From the NCBI RefSeq assembly GCF_006345805.1, contig NC_043010.1:60202001-60266000 (forward strand): DNA of 64,000 nucleotides. The letters are read 5' to 3'. The stretch is from Octopus sinensis (Eukaryota). The notes under the pieces were generated by a model, which was not told the DNA's origin, did not search any database, and was given only the letters and a program-made list of their open reading frames with translations. This document shows, piece by piece, positions 1 to 13,369 of this stretch (positions are counted from its first letter, which is position 1; each line of letters begins with the position of its first letter). The position numbers and the translations under genes are program-made.

Positions 1-101
1 GATGAACTAATGAATTAGGCTTTCTGTGGTGTATCCACATTAAATATTACACACAGCTTGCTACATGTGCATGCATATATATATATATATACATGTGTGT
101 G

Positions 102-140
<39 letters not shown>

Positions 141-571
141 CTTTTATTCTTTTACTTGTTTCAGTCATTTGACTGTGGCCATGCTGGAGCACTGCCTTAC
201 AGGGATTTTAGTTGAATAAATCGATGCCAGGACTTTATTCTCTGTAACCATAGTACTAATTCTATTGGTCTCTTTTGCTAAATTCAAAGTTACAGGGAAT
301 TAAACACAACATCAGTTGTCAAGCTGTGGTAGGGGCTACAAACACAAGACACACACACAAATATATACATGTGTGTGTGTGTGAATATATATATATATAT
401 GTCTATATATACGTATATGTATATGAAGAGTTTCTTTCAAGATCCATCTACCAAATCCACTCACAGGGCCTTGGTCAGCACAACACTATAGTAGAAGACA
501 CTTACCCAAGGTGCAATGAAGTGGAACTGAACCCAGAGCAATGTGTCCAAAAGTAATCTACTTACTACACA
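141..571 (-). mobile_element. tRNA-derived SINE (family A: head, internal microsatellite, tail), diverged copy
   Basis: Colinear with the better copy at 1232-1625 (tttcagtcatttgactg.ggccat.ctgga; tagtagaagacactt.cccaag; actgaaccc), with an internal (TA/TG)n. Confidence 0.75.
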
Positions 572-599
572 CATACGTGTTCACACATATTCTGAATGA

Positions 600-689
600 A
601 TAGATGTGCATGCACAATAACATATATACGGATATATAGATATACATATATATGCATATATATCTATGCTTATATATATATATACATAT

Positions 690-742
<53 letters not shown>

Positions 743-751
743 TATACATAT

Positions 752-794
<43 letters not shown>

Positions 795-811
795 TATATA
801 CATATACATAT

Positions 812-854
<43 letters not shown>

Positions 855-865
855 TATATACATAT

Positions 866-916
<51 letters not shown>

Positions 917-989
917 CATATATATACATATGGATATATATATATATTATATATATATATATATATACTATATATATACATATACATAT

Positions 990-1030
<41 letters not shown>

Positions 1031-1047
1031 TATATACATATACATAT

Positions 1048-1127
<80 letters not shown>

Positions 1128-1190
1128 TATATATATATAGCATATGCATAATATATGCTTATATATATGCACATATAAATATGCTTATAT
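600..1190. repeat. (TA)n-based higher-order minisatellite with ~60 bp period
   Basis: CATATGGA landmark at 685, 747, 807, 861, 927, 985 and 1043 within (TA)n. Confidence 0.9.
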
Positions 1191-1231
1191 ATATATATGT
1201 GTGTATATATATGATGATGATGATGATGATA

Positions 1232-1625
1232 TTCTTTTATTCTTTTACTTCTTTCAGTCATTTGACTGCGGCCATACTGGAACACCGCCATTAGTCGAGC
1301 AAATCAACTCCAGGACATATTCTTTGTAAGCTTAGTACTTATTCTATTGGTCTCTCTTGCCGAACCACTAAGTGATGGGGACGCAAAGACATCAGCATCG
1401 GTTGTCAAGTGATGCTAGGGTGACAAAAACAGACACACAAACATATACACACACACACTTATATATACAACGGGCTTCTTTCAGTTTCCGTCTACCGAAT
1501 CCACTCAAAAGGATTTAGTCGGCCTCAGGCTACAGTAGAAGACACTTGCCCAAGATGCCATGCAGTTGGACTGAACCCAGAACCATGTGGTTCGTAAGCA
1601 AGCTACTTACCACACAGCCACTCCT
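1232..1625 (-). mobile_element. tRNA-derived SINE (family A)
   Basis: Minus-strand head GGAGTGGCTGTGTGGTAAGTAGC..GGTTCAGTCC has Pol III A/B-box-like motifs, followed by an internal (TG/TA)n and a tail ending in (AAGAATAA)-like repeats. Confidence 0.85.
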
Positions 1626-1627
1626 AC

Positions 1628-1692
<65 letters not shown>

Positions 1693-1700
1693 TTAAAGAC

Positions 1701-1918
1701 CCCTTTGATCATGAATGCCCATGGAATTGCACCTAGAAAGTTCCACTATGTGGCACAAGTCTGGGCAAGGTTGTTTATGGAAGGCCAGTGGTCACCCATA
1801 CATAGCAGACTCTCCCCTCTCCATGTCACCGGTGTTATTCAAGGGAAAGGCAAAGGGGCCAATACAGCTTGGCACCTGTGATGTTGCAACTCATTTCTAC
1901 AGCTGAGTGAACTGGACA
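1701..1918 (-). mobile_element. SINE body fragment (family B, same as 26420-26730)
   Basis: Reverse complement matches 26530-26725 (ggtgccaagctgtat, cctttgcctttccctt, tggagagggga, tttctaggtgcaat.ccatgg). Confidence 0.75.
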
Positions 1919-4212
1919 TCCTTGTTGCTTATTTTGATATATATATATATTTTAATATGTATGTATATATAGATAGATATGTATGTATATATATATATAG
2001 ATAGAGATGTGTATGTATGTAAATATATATATATATATCTTTACCCCCACCCATTTAGTAAACTCGGTAATATGTAATAGGTATGCAATAAAAAACATTT
2101 ATGTATTAATAATTGGGTATTCTTCCAGCAGCAGTATATTGGATAGATATTAACCCTTGGTTGGATTCACAACCTGTAACTTTCTTGGAATTTATATATA
2201 TATATGCATATATACACACATATATATACACACATACATCCATACACACACACAACACATATATATATACATACATCTATATACACACTCATATACATAT
2301 ATGCACACATACATCTACACACACACACATGTGCATACATATATTTATATGGTTATACTTATGTATATATGTATATTCATTCATACATACAAATAAAAAC
2401 ATTTAATATATATATATATATTTAATAGTAAATGTTATGTGGAACAATAACAATAAAGTAAAAGATAATACTGATGTGACATGTTTTAATAAATATTGTA
2501 TTAGCTTAATACAATGTGTGTGTATGTGTGAGTGTGCGCGCGTGCGTGTGTGTGTGTGTGTGCATGCGTGTACACATAAACTCACTACTGTTAGAAGTTT
2601 GTAAATTTGTATATTTCATGCCATGGCTAGCAGCTGCTGCTCATGTTTTGAGCAATGTCTATGTGTGAGAGAGACAAAATGCTTGTAAAAAGTTTGAGAC
2701 CCTAAAGAGAATATTTAGATAAAGAAGAAGGAGGGATAGAGACAAGTGTTGCTGGGAGGTCAAAGGAAAATGTGACAAATGGAAGTGTGGGGAGAATGAT
2801 ATTGATGAGTTGAACAGAAAGTGATAACTGTGACAGATGTGGTCGGGGCTCTTAAGCATGCAGCAGTTGGAAGAGTGTTGTGCGGATGTAAACATGTATA
2901 TAAAACATGCAGAAAAGCATTCACTCATCTCGATGTGGGAACCCACCTCCAAGTTTATGGATTAATATAAACCACATTTATATGGAAGTATGCAAAAGAG
3001 CTCACAACTACACACACAAATGAAAACACACACTCATACACACTTGTGTATTTACGTGCAAGTGGAAATTACAGAAACAGTCTCACCTTTTTAGTTAAGC
3101 TAAAGAAAAAGAAGAGCTTATATATATATATGTGTGTGTATGTATATATATATACACACACACATACACACTACCAGATGGGAAGAAAAAAGATAGCACC
3201 AATGAATAGACACATACTCACATATCTACATATATCGCTCAAATCTGGAGAGCAGACAGGGAAGCTGGTTGTGACAGCCAGGTAAGTTGAAAGTTACATG
3301 AATTCTCACACACAAATTAGAAAAGCATAAATATTAAAAACATTCCAAACTTAGAGGGTGACACTATTATATGTACACGCTCATATACTCATATCTACAT
3401 GCACACATACAAATTTGAGAATGGTATACACAAACAACATATATGCTCATTTTTTTAAATGTATAGTGTTAATGATATATATTATATTTTGTATGTGTGT
3501 GCATTATTATCACTGTTGTTGTTGTTGCTGTTGTGTTTGTTAAAAACTGATAGTTATAATTACATATACTAAAATACGAGAATCTACTGAATTCATGAGA
3601 GAGTGTAATAGCAAAATAGTATTTGTGTTTATGAATGTATATATATATATTACAAACATAGGGAGAGTGATAAACAAACACTTAAATTCTTCAGCACGCA
3701 CACACAATTAGAAAAAGAGAAAGTTGCTTGTGAATGAGCAAATGAATATACATGATTATCACATGTGGTGTGAATGTATGACTGCAGTTCTTAGTGTAGA
3801 AAACTAAGTTATAGAATTGTATGAACGTTAAGCAACTATCAGGAAATTTCTGCGTGCTATTTTCAGATTTCTTATTAATGGCAAATTGAAATAGTTTACT
3901 CTAATTGAGAAAACATTATTCAATGTTCAGTTCATTTTTATATCTTTCAAATAACATATCAGTTTGTCTAAATGTCTTTAGGATGCAGCGTCTAATTCCC
4001 ATTAATACTTTTTCAACGAATTAATATTTCTGCAACAGAGGAAAAAGTTAACTGTAGCAGAGTATGTAATATCATTCTGTGCAATATATATGTGCACTTG
4101 CATATGTAGGTAATATATTCATATATATATATGCATGTATGTATATATGTCTATGTGTGTGTGTGTGTGGTGTGTGTGTATATATATATATATGCTCATG
4201 TATATAAATATG

Positions 4213-4265
<53 letters not shown>

Positions 4266-4529
4266 GTATATAAATATATATATACATGCATGTATATACA
4301 CACAAATATATATACATATATATGTATATATATATGTATGTGTGTATACGCATATATATTGTATATATATTTATATGTGTGTGTGTGGTATACCAATATG
4401 TGTGCACACATGGTGGGTGCATGTGTGTGTGTTGTGTGTGTTTGTGCACATGTGGTGGGTGTATGTGTGGTGTGTCTATACACACACACACACGTAATTG
4501 GGCCCTAGCAATTTATTGTTTGCTTTCAA

Positions 4530-5520
4530 CTTGAAGGAGATCAGTTCTCATGGTGGGTGATAGAGTGACACCAGTTGAAGTGTTTCTGGAGCACATTATT
4601 TGAGGGCTACCCTCAGCTGGTGGTTGTCTTGGTGGAAAAGGCATATTTTAGGTTTTTACATAATGGTTAGTTCCCAGAAGATAATTTCACAAAGTATCCC
4701 TTAACTTTCACTCTAGTTACAGGTCTTAACCATTACAGTTGGAGTTTCATAATGACTGGTTTTATGCTTTAACTGTTGGATTTTTCTGGGATAGCATTCT
4801 TGATTTTATGGTCCTTCTATTTGACGTATAAGATGCAAAGAATTTAGTTGATGGAAACAATCCAGCTTTTTTTATGTCAAATGATGAAGTATCCATGTTT
4901 TACAATCATACAACATGGAGAAGATATCTTCATAAGTCATCAGTTTTGCTTTAGGATTAAATATTTGCTTTTAAAACAAATTTTGCCAGTTTCCCAAATG
5001 CTAGATACATTGACCCAATTCTGTGTTTCTCCTACTTTTTGAAAGTAGTTGTTGAAAAGATAGGGAAAAGAATCCACTTGTTTGAAGTATATATTCGAAA
5101 TTGTCACCAGTTCTAATATCTACTTGTATGAAGTATGTATAGAGATGGTGATGCTTAAATTATGATTGTTAGTCTTTAGGTTTGTCAAGGATTTTGTTTT
5201 GTGAGGCAAGTCAGTCAGATGAATGGGTGAATTTATTTGACTAAACTCTTCAGGACAGGGCCCCAGCACAGCTGCCGTCTAATGACTAAAGCAAGATGTT
5301 GAAACTATAGTGATGTCCATTTGGGTAGTTGATGATGAGAATGCACATCTGTCCTCCTCGATTGTGAATCTCTGATGTCTTAGTCTCATTATTCATTGTT
5401 GTCCTTCAGTCTTGTCTTGTTAACTGAGAAGTATTTGTGGATTGATAGTTTGAGGGGATCAGTAACTTTGGTATTGTTTGGTTTTCTTCAGAGCTAACCT
5501 AATTAAGCTTGGACAAGGCT
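4530..5520 (-). mobile_element. Very old Penelope-like element remnant (tentative)
   Basis: Broken minus-strand peptides such as VLQKHFNWCHS (resembles the GIY-YIG HFN..HS segment) and DKP..NNHN (resembles the PLE RT thumb). Many stops and frameshifts. Confidence 0.3.
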
Positions 5521-5557
5521 TAAATATTGGTGTTCAGTTTTTTTAAGGATATGTGTG

Positions 5558-5604
<47 letters not shown>

Positions 5605-5611
<7 letters not shown>

Positions 5612-7301
5612 TCAGTTTAGATGAGAAGCAGTTTGGGTTCATGCCAGGGAAAAGCACAACTGATGATATATTTCTGGTAAGACAGCTGCAGAAGAAATAC
5701 CTAGCCAAAGATAAACCTCTGTACCTGGCTTTTGTTGACATGGAGAAAGCCTTTGACAGGGTCCCCCAATCCTTTATCTGGTAGTCAATGAGGAAACTAG
5801 GGATAGATGAATGGTTAGTGAGAGCTGTGCAAGCCATGTACAGGGATGCTGTTAGTAAGGTGAGGGTTGACAATGAGTACATTGAAGAATTCCGGGTAGA
5901 GGTAGGGGTCCACCAAGGTTCAGTCCTCAGCTCCCTCCTATTTATCATAGTCCTCCAGGCAATAACGGAGGAATTCAAGACAGGATGCCTCTGGGAGCTC
6001 CTCTATGCTGACGACCTTGCTCTAATTGCTGAGTCACAATCAGAACTTGAGGAGAAGTTTCAAGTGTGGAAACAAGGATTAGAATTGAAAGGCCTTAGAG
6101 TCAACATAGCTAAAACAAAAGTCCTAATAAGTAGGAAGGCAGACAAACCACAAATCCCTTCAGGTATATGGCTCTGCTCGATCTGTAGAAAAGACATAGG
6201 TAGAAACTCTATAAGATGTATCCAGTGTAAGCTATGGACACATAAGAGGTGCAGCAATGTCAAAGGAAGGCTAACTGGGAAGATAGGTTTTCTATGTGGC
6301 AGATGCTCAGGAACAATAAACACTGAAAATGTGCAGAGAACAACTTCCGCCACATTCCAGGGAGAAAAACTAGAAGTAGTTGATAGCTTCCATTACGTAG
6401 GTGACCAAGTATGATGCATGTGTAGGAACAGCAATACTACATGGCAGTGAAACATGGGCCGTGACTGCTGAGGACATGTATAAGTTCACAAGGAATGAAG
6501 CTAGTATACTCCACTGGATGTGTAATATCGGTGTGCATACTCAGTGTGTAAGTACCTTGAGAAAAAAGTTGGACCTAAGAAGTATCAGATGTGGTGTGCA
6601 AGAGAGATGACTGCGCTGGTATGGTCATGTGACGAGAATGGAGGATAGCTGTGTGAAAAATGCCAAATCCGAGCAGTTGAGGGAACCTGTGGAAGATGTA
6701 GACCAAGGAAGTCCTGGGATGAGGTGGTGAAGCATGACCTTCGAACTTTAGGCCTCACCAAGGCAATGAGTAGTGACCTAGACCTTTGGAAATATGCAGT
6801 GCACGAGAAGACCCGGCAAGCCAAATGAGACCATAACCCGTGGCCTATGCCAGGGGTGTAACCAGCCCACTTATGCATATCTTTCCTTCATTGGACACTA
6901 AACTCTGCTTGCGAAGACCTATTAAGACCAGTGGAGCGCTAAGAGCACCATGTGAGTGTGATCATTGCAAGAGCAGCTGACTGGCTTCCATGCCAGTAGC
7001 ACATGAAAAAACATTTGATCGAGGTTGTTGCCAGTGCCACTGGATTGGTTCCTGTGCAGGTGGCATGTAAAAAACCCCATTTGAATGTGGCCATTGCCAG
7101 TACTGCCTGACTGGCCCTCATGCCATTGGCACGTAAAAGTACCCACTACACTCTCAGAGTGCATAGCATTAGGAAGGGCATCCAGCTTTAGAAACTCTGC
7201 CAGATCAGATTGGTACCTGCTACAGCCATCTGGTTTGCTAGTCATCAGTCAAATCGTCCAACCTATGCTAGCGGATGTTAAACGATGATGATGATGATGA
7301 T
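5605..7301 (+). mobile_element. 5'-truncated RTE-clade LINE (RT, PHD-type finger, C-terminus, 3' UTR with ~65 bp repeats, (GAT)n tail); pseudogene
   Basis: QFGFMPGKSTTD, FVDMEKAFDRVP, GVHQGSVLS, LLYADDL, NIAKTKVL, LHGSETW and LRWYGHV motifs. In-frame TAG at 5785. Internal deletion near 6409. Ends in GATGATGATGATGAT. Confidence 0.95.
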
Positions 7302-7669
7302 AGTGAATTTTGAATTCACTGAGAAAAATGAAAAAAGCAAAACGACAAATGTGACATCATGCACAAGAAGTATATCAACTTGATGCTCAGTAAAAGGAGA
7401 GAGTTTAATATTTTGAGGATAGTTCTTTGTCAGAAAGGAGAAAGGGAAAAGTCCAAAGAAGGAGGAGGAGAAGAACAAGTCACTTCGATAATGGTTTTTT
7501 AATACTTTCTACTCTGAAAGTTGATCTTCTATATCACTGCTCAAATCTTACTAACTTCCTACATCTGGATCCTTAGATCTCATTTTAAAACGCACATATA
7601 TATACATATATATATATATGTAAGAAGCAGCCAGTACACTCCTTACAGTAATACAGTAATTAACTTTAG

Positions 7670-7800
7670 GAAGTACATCCAGCCATAGAAACCAAGCCAA
7701 AAATGACATGGCGCCTGAAACAGCCCTACAGCGTGGTGGTTCCCTGTCAAATTGTCCAACCTCTACTAGTATGGAAAGTGGATATTAAAAGATGATAGTG
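7670..7800 (+). mobile_element. RTE 3'-tail fragment
   Basis: catccagccatagaaacc ... gtccaacc ... gatattaaaagatgat matches the 3' end of 5605-7301. Confidence 0.6.
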
Positions 7801-8394
7801 ATACACACACACACACACATGTATGTATGTATGCATACATACATAACTGTGTGTGTATAAGTATAAACCTCTCTCCCATCACTCATTTACCTAGATATAA
7901 GAGACTGTATTAGTCCCGTGTAGTACCTTACCTGAGCTCACCTTCCCTCCACGATCCGTCTCCGCTATGACTCATAGTCTTTTATTTTTCATTTCTTTAC
8001 CACCTGTGTCTTCTGCAAACAAGGAAGCCTTCTCTACCACCATCCTCTCCTACTCACTAGGCCAATGACCATCTTTATTAGAATTACTAATATATTGCTG
8101 CTATGATGGAAAGCCTACTAGGTACCCATGCATACCCACTAAAGTGATTTGTGAGCACACAGAAGTTAGGAAGAGTGAGATGTCCTCAGGTTTGTCTCAT
8201 CAAGAATTTGACAACTTCCCTCGTGTTGTTGTCCTGAAAATACATCCAGTACACACTGCAAAGCAGATAACAAATGAATGAATAAAGAATAAGGTTATGA
8301 GGTCCCTTTCGTCCTGTATCACCAAGGGTTTATCAACCTCTCTAGTGCTAGAGTCATGGGACAATGTATCCTGTACACTCTGTAAAGTGACTGG

Positions 8395-8560
8395 TGATGT
8401 GATGGGCATCCAGCTGTAGACATCAAACTGAAAAGACACAAATGAGCCCCAGTCTTTGACAGCAGCAGGTTTCAATAAGAAAGGACTCAGACTGTGAGAA
8501 CCTAACCAATCTATGTCAGCATGGAAAGCAAATGCAAAACAATAATAATGATGACGATAT
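8395..8560 (+). mobile_element. RTE 3'-tail fragment
   Basis: acactctgtaaagtg..gggcatccagctgtaga ... agcatggaaagc.aatg..aaacaataataatgatgacgat. Confidence 0.6.
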
Positions 8561-11421
8561 TGATACATATAAGATATACATTATATTTTTCAGAAATACA
8601 TGGTGACTGCAACTTCTAAATTTCAGTGGTTATTTTTCATTAGGCTTCTGATAAGCCGTAACTCTCAGCAAAACTCCAATCCAAAGTCAGTCACTGTGAA
8701 TTTTTAACATAAAATATTTAGTCTTCCATAATAGTGGATCCTGTTTCAGTGAATAATTTAAACTGACTTTAATTCAATTTTTCTCAATGAATATTTCACA
8801 CACACACACCTACGCAATGATATATAAATTTATAATATGAATATAAATTTAAATATTGAACAATGTTCTATGTTGACCAAAATATTCATGCTACATTGAA
8901 TGTAAGCATTTCAACTATCTACAAAGAAAAGATATGTACAAAGATATGTGTTTGTATGTGTACATGTGTATAATTCTACAGGAAAATTTGTATTGCCATA
9001 GGTGCAGTGAAGTATTATCATAACTCAATTTGAAATTCTAGAAATATCTGATTTTGAATTACTTGCATCCCATATTCCATTGCCTGAGAACACAGTCTGA
9101 CATAAGACAATGGTGAAGAAGGTCATACATCCAACAACCACACCAGCCATAGCTATACTGTTGACATCAACAACTTTGCTGTCGTTAATTTAAGAATCTA
9201 TTGCTTCTTTATTCATCCTATAGAAATCTGTGGTACTCTATAGAAGCACACTGGCTAGTTGACTGTTTCCAGCTTAGTTGTATTCAAAGAAGATTCTTCT
9301 GCTAGAAATGTGAAACCATAGCAACATTCTTAGTGATATTACAATACTTCTTACCTTCATCCTAAACCCTCCACTTCTCCAATTCATCATCTTCAGACCC
9401 TCTAGCATTAGGTTGGCAAGTTGGTTGGTAGGTTGGCTGGTAAGTAGTTACATGGCTTGCTGCCCCAGGTTCAATTTCTGACTGATGATAACTAATCATG
9501 TTCTTTCGGGACCCCTAGGGTTAGAAGTTTTTTTTTTCTTTCTCTATTGTTGAATCAGCAGAGAAATGACTGGAGAAAATAAATAACTAATCAGGAAGAC
9601 AGAAAGATGAAATATTCTACAGAAATAAAGAATAGACTATATATCAAGATGAAAAGGCAGTTTTCTTTGAAATCTATTGACTCCTTTCTAAGGAAGCAGT
9701 TGATTTAATTATATTATATATACTTATTAGTTTTCTTTCTTTTCAGTGTAAACTTTTCAGCTAAATATCTCCAACTCATCTTCCTACTTGCAATACTCTG
9801 AGGCATATTTTGTCTTCTTGTCTTAATTTTTATCTTTTTTTTCTCTCAGCTTTTCTCCCACCACCTTTATTAACTTCCTCTCCCCTTCTCTCTATTTTCA
9901 TGTATGTTTTTGTCTCTTTTTTTTCAGAATATTCTCTCTTCTTCACTTCAATCTTTCCTTTATTAATCTTTTCTCTCGGCATCATTTCCATTTTCATCTT
10001 CTCTCATTGCTTCATTTTAATTTAACCTTTCTTTCCCTTATTAATATTTATTAACTTTTTTTACCTTCCATTTCTAACACTTCCTTTTTGTCCCCTTCTA
10101 AATGTGTTCATTTTTCTTTTCACTGCATATCTTTCATTTTATTCCTTCATATATTATTTATATTTTAGTTTTCTTCCAAATTCTATTTCTCTTCATCAAT
10201 ATAACTATCATCAAGCTACTGCTACTACTACTACTATTACTACTACTACTACTACTGTATAATCACTTCTCTTTAAATAGCAAATAACAACCATAAATAT
10301 TCTGGAGTTTACCAAACATTGAATGAAGTCACTAAGTTTAGGTTTCTTTAGTTCGTGGTGGAGAACAATTTAGAAATAAAAGGATTTTGCAAATCAGTGT
10401 GAAGATAAAGTAGACAGCCTTTCACACCAAACCATTAGAATGTATCAGTAATTCCTAGCATTAACATTCTTGTGAGTAGCTTCTGATACCATCACCATAA
10501 TCTTCATCATAATGATGATGATCATCATCATCATCAGCATCAATGTTTTCATGTCACATATTTATGAGTTTCACTGAAACCACTATCAATATCAGTATCA
10601 CATTTTCACATTATAGCAATATCAACTCATCCATTCCCTGACCAACATCCTATTCATGACCATCATCCTTATTATTTACTCATAACATTCTAAATTAATG
10701 GACCTCTTCATTGGATACTCAAAGCAATTACTTCAAAGAAAAGAAGAGTGTGTTGATGCACGCTAGTGGATAATATTGAATGGTATTGGATTGCATATGC
10801 TATTTATTGCTTTTATTTATTTTTTTTTTATAACACATTTCCCTGCAGTCAAACACCAAATAATTACTTCTGTCCCCAGTCGGCTCAATAATAGAATTGC
10901 TTAACAGCTATACTGACAACCCCATTGTAATACTCTCCCCTCAATACCAAGCTAGCTTTTGCATTACAATGAAGTTTCCTCTAACCCATGAGCCCTCCCA
11001 CCCCTGGTTAAAGATAGTGGAAAGGGGAGCCAAAGCTTTCACACAGTGTGATTATTTCTAAAATATAAGAAGAAAAAAAATGAAAAAGTTGAGTGAAAAA
11101 GAAAAAAACCCAGAAAGTTTTTCCTTTTATAATAATCAGTCAATAGGCATTGCAGGGAAGCTGGTTGACAAGACTAAACATAACAGCTATTGCTTGTATA
11201 GAAAATGCTCCACTGGCTCCTAGAATACACAAAACCAAAAGCTATTGTTGTTCATCATTATATGAGGAAATGAATGCTGCTTCCAATGATTTGATGATGG
11301 GTTTTGCTCCCAAGAGATTTATAAAGAAATGATGATGGCTTTGTTTTCTGAGATTTATTTTTGAGTGCACACATTATCTCTCTCTCTATCACTCCTTCAC
11401 CCCACCTCTCTCTCTCTCTCT

Positions 11422-11530
<109 letters not shown>

Positions 11531-12665
11531 CACACACATGTATACATGTACATACATAGATAAATACAAACATATACATATATACATACACACACACACA
11601 TTTATATACATGCACACACTTATACATCAAATGTATACATACAGACATCTCTAATGCAATAAAATGTGTTATATCAATGCATTTTTCTATCAAATAATTT
11701 TAGCTTTTTTAAAAAACAGAAAAATTTCTATGTGTTGAACCCCCTGTTCTTTCATGAGATCAATAATCTTGCATGCATATACTTACATCTAAATGTTAAT
11801 ATATGTATATTTATAGGAATACCATTAAATTGTCTAACTATGGCTTAAGTCCTCTGAAATGTTTTAACTTGAATAGCAAGTTAAACTTTAAACCAAGAGT
11901 TAGGTAGATGCATATATTGTTTATATAACATACTTTCACTATAATTCTTTGAACTTAGCTTTCATTTATTCCAATAGTTATATCATTTTACCATTTTACT
12001 TAAGGATATTTTACAATTGATTCTTATATTTAAGCTCAAATATTAAAATATGCTTATGTTGTGTACGTATGCATTTAAATACATTCTTTCTTTTTTCGTC
12101 ACTTTACAGTTTTTGAAAAATGTCTCAAATCATTTGAAAATATTACAAAATATATAACCCTTTTTATAGAGAAAACATTGCCTAAGTATTTTTCATCTGA
12201 TGCTTTTTTTATCTGCTTATCTTTACCTTCTAATGTGCATATCGATATTGCTGAGCCGTTATTGTATTCTTTCTTTGGACTTAAACTTTATTTCTATAAA
12301 CATTTGCTAAACTGTGTGTGACAGGTGAACCCTGAACCACTTTCTTGGGTTCTATTTTATTCTTGCTCCCTTCCTTATCTTAAAGTCTCAAAAAATTCCT
12401 TATAGCTTTGCTGCTTAACTTAAATGAAGGAAATCATGCATAGATGTGTAACTGAGAAGTTTCATTCCCAAATATGTGGTTTGGGCTTAAATTCCACAGT
12501 ACAGCATTTTCGGCCAGTGTGTTCTACAAAAGCTTTGCGATGGATTTCATATATATTAACTGAAAAATGACCTCTCTCTCTCTCTGTATGTATTTTTTCT
12601 TTGTATTCAGTTAGCAAGATTCTTGATGTGAAATTGTGTGTTGGAACAAATTTTGTTAATACGTG

Positions 12666-13057
12666 CACTGGCTCAATTCCTCCACTTCTTTATTATTTGT
12701 CAATTGCTTAAATATCTAACCAACTAACCAATCATTTGTTCAAGGTGTTGGTTAAACAATCAATTAGTTGTTTGTTTGTCCACGGAAGCCCTTTCAATGC
12801 TGTTTGCAACTTATTCAGTGACTTGTGACTCCTAACTTGCTCCAATGCCTGCTTTCAAGACAGACAAAAGCAGGCCTTGAAGCAAACAAAGAGTCAAAGG
12901 TCACTGAAAATGTTGTAAAGAGCAATGAAAGAAATTTGACAGACAAACAACTGACTGATTGCTTAACCAACATGTTAAATAAACGATTAATTAATTAGTT
13001 GGTTGGTTAGGTATTTAACCAATTCACTAATAATAAAGAAATGGAATTGAATCTGTG
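12666..13057. repeat. ~390 bp imperfect palindrome (MITE/foldback-like)
   Basis: Arms pair across their whole length by eye, closing on the stem gcctgcttt (12847-12855) / aaagcaggc (12867-12875) with an 11 nt loop. Confidence 0.85.
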
Positions 13058-13369
13058 TTTTGTGTTATCATTATTTATTAGTATTTGTGTAATGATTCCC
13101 CCAAGACACAATTGTATATATATATATATCACATACACACACACATTATTTTATTAAAACTGGAAAAAATCTCCACAGTCTGCTACTCAGAGTTTCATGT
13201 GACTGTTCATCAGACAGTTGTAATGATACAAAATGATTAAATTATGTGAGCATATATAATATAGTCTTTAGTAGATACAGTTTAATGAATAAGCATTTCA
13301 ATCTGATTAGTTTACTACCTTCAAAAAGTTAACAGTATATAATTGGTTGCCTGTGAAGGTTGACATGAA

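Noticed and set aside
2700-2950. ITVTDVVGALK peptide resembling a LINE pre-RT motif
   Set aside because: Too short and degraded to support a call.
558-4534. Many long ORFs rich in Y/I, H/T or C/V (also near 11258-11693, 17732-18011, 28512-29269, 40392-40771 and 43868-44227)
   Set aside because: They are translations of (TA)n, (CA)n and (TG)n microsatellites, which lack stops in some frames.
9810-10260. Long pyrimidine-rich strand-asymmetric tract
   Set aside because: Looks like a decayed (CT/CTT)n low-complexity sequence, with no mirror symmetry I can demonstrate.
11005-11050. LVKDSGKGS peptide resembling the Pcdh CM1 motif
   Set aside because: In-frame TGA just upstream, no convincing splice sites, and a short motif is expected by chance.
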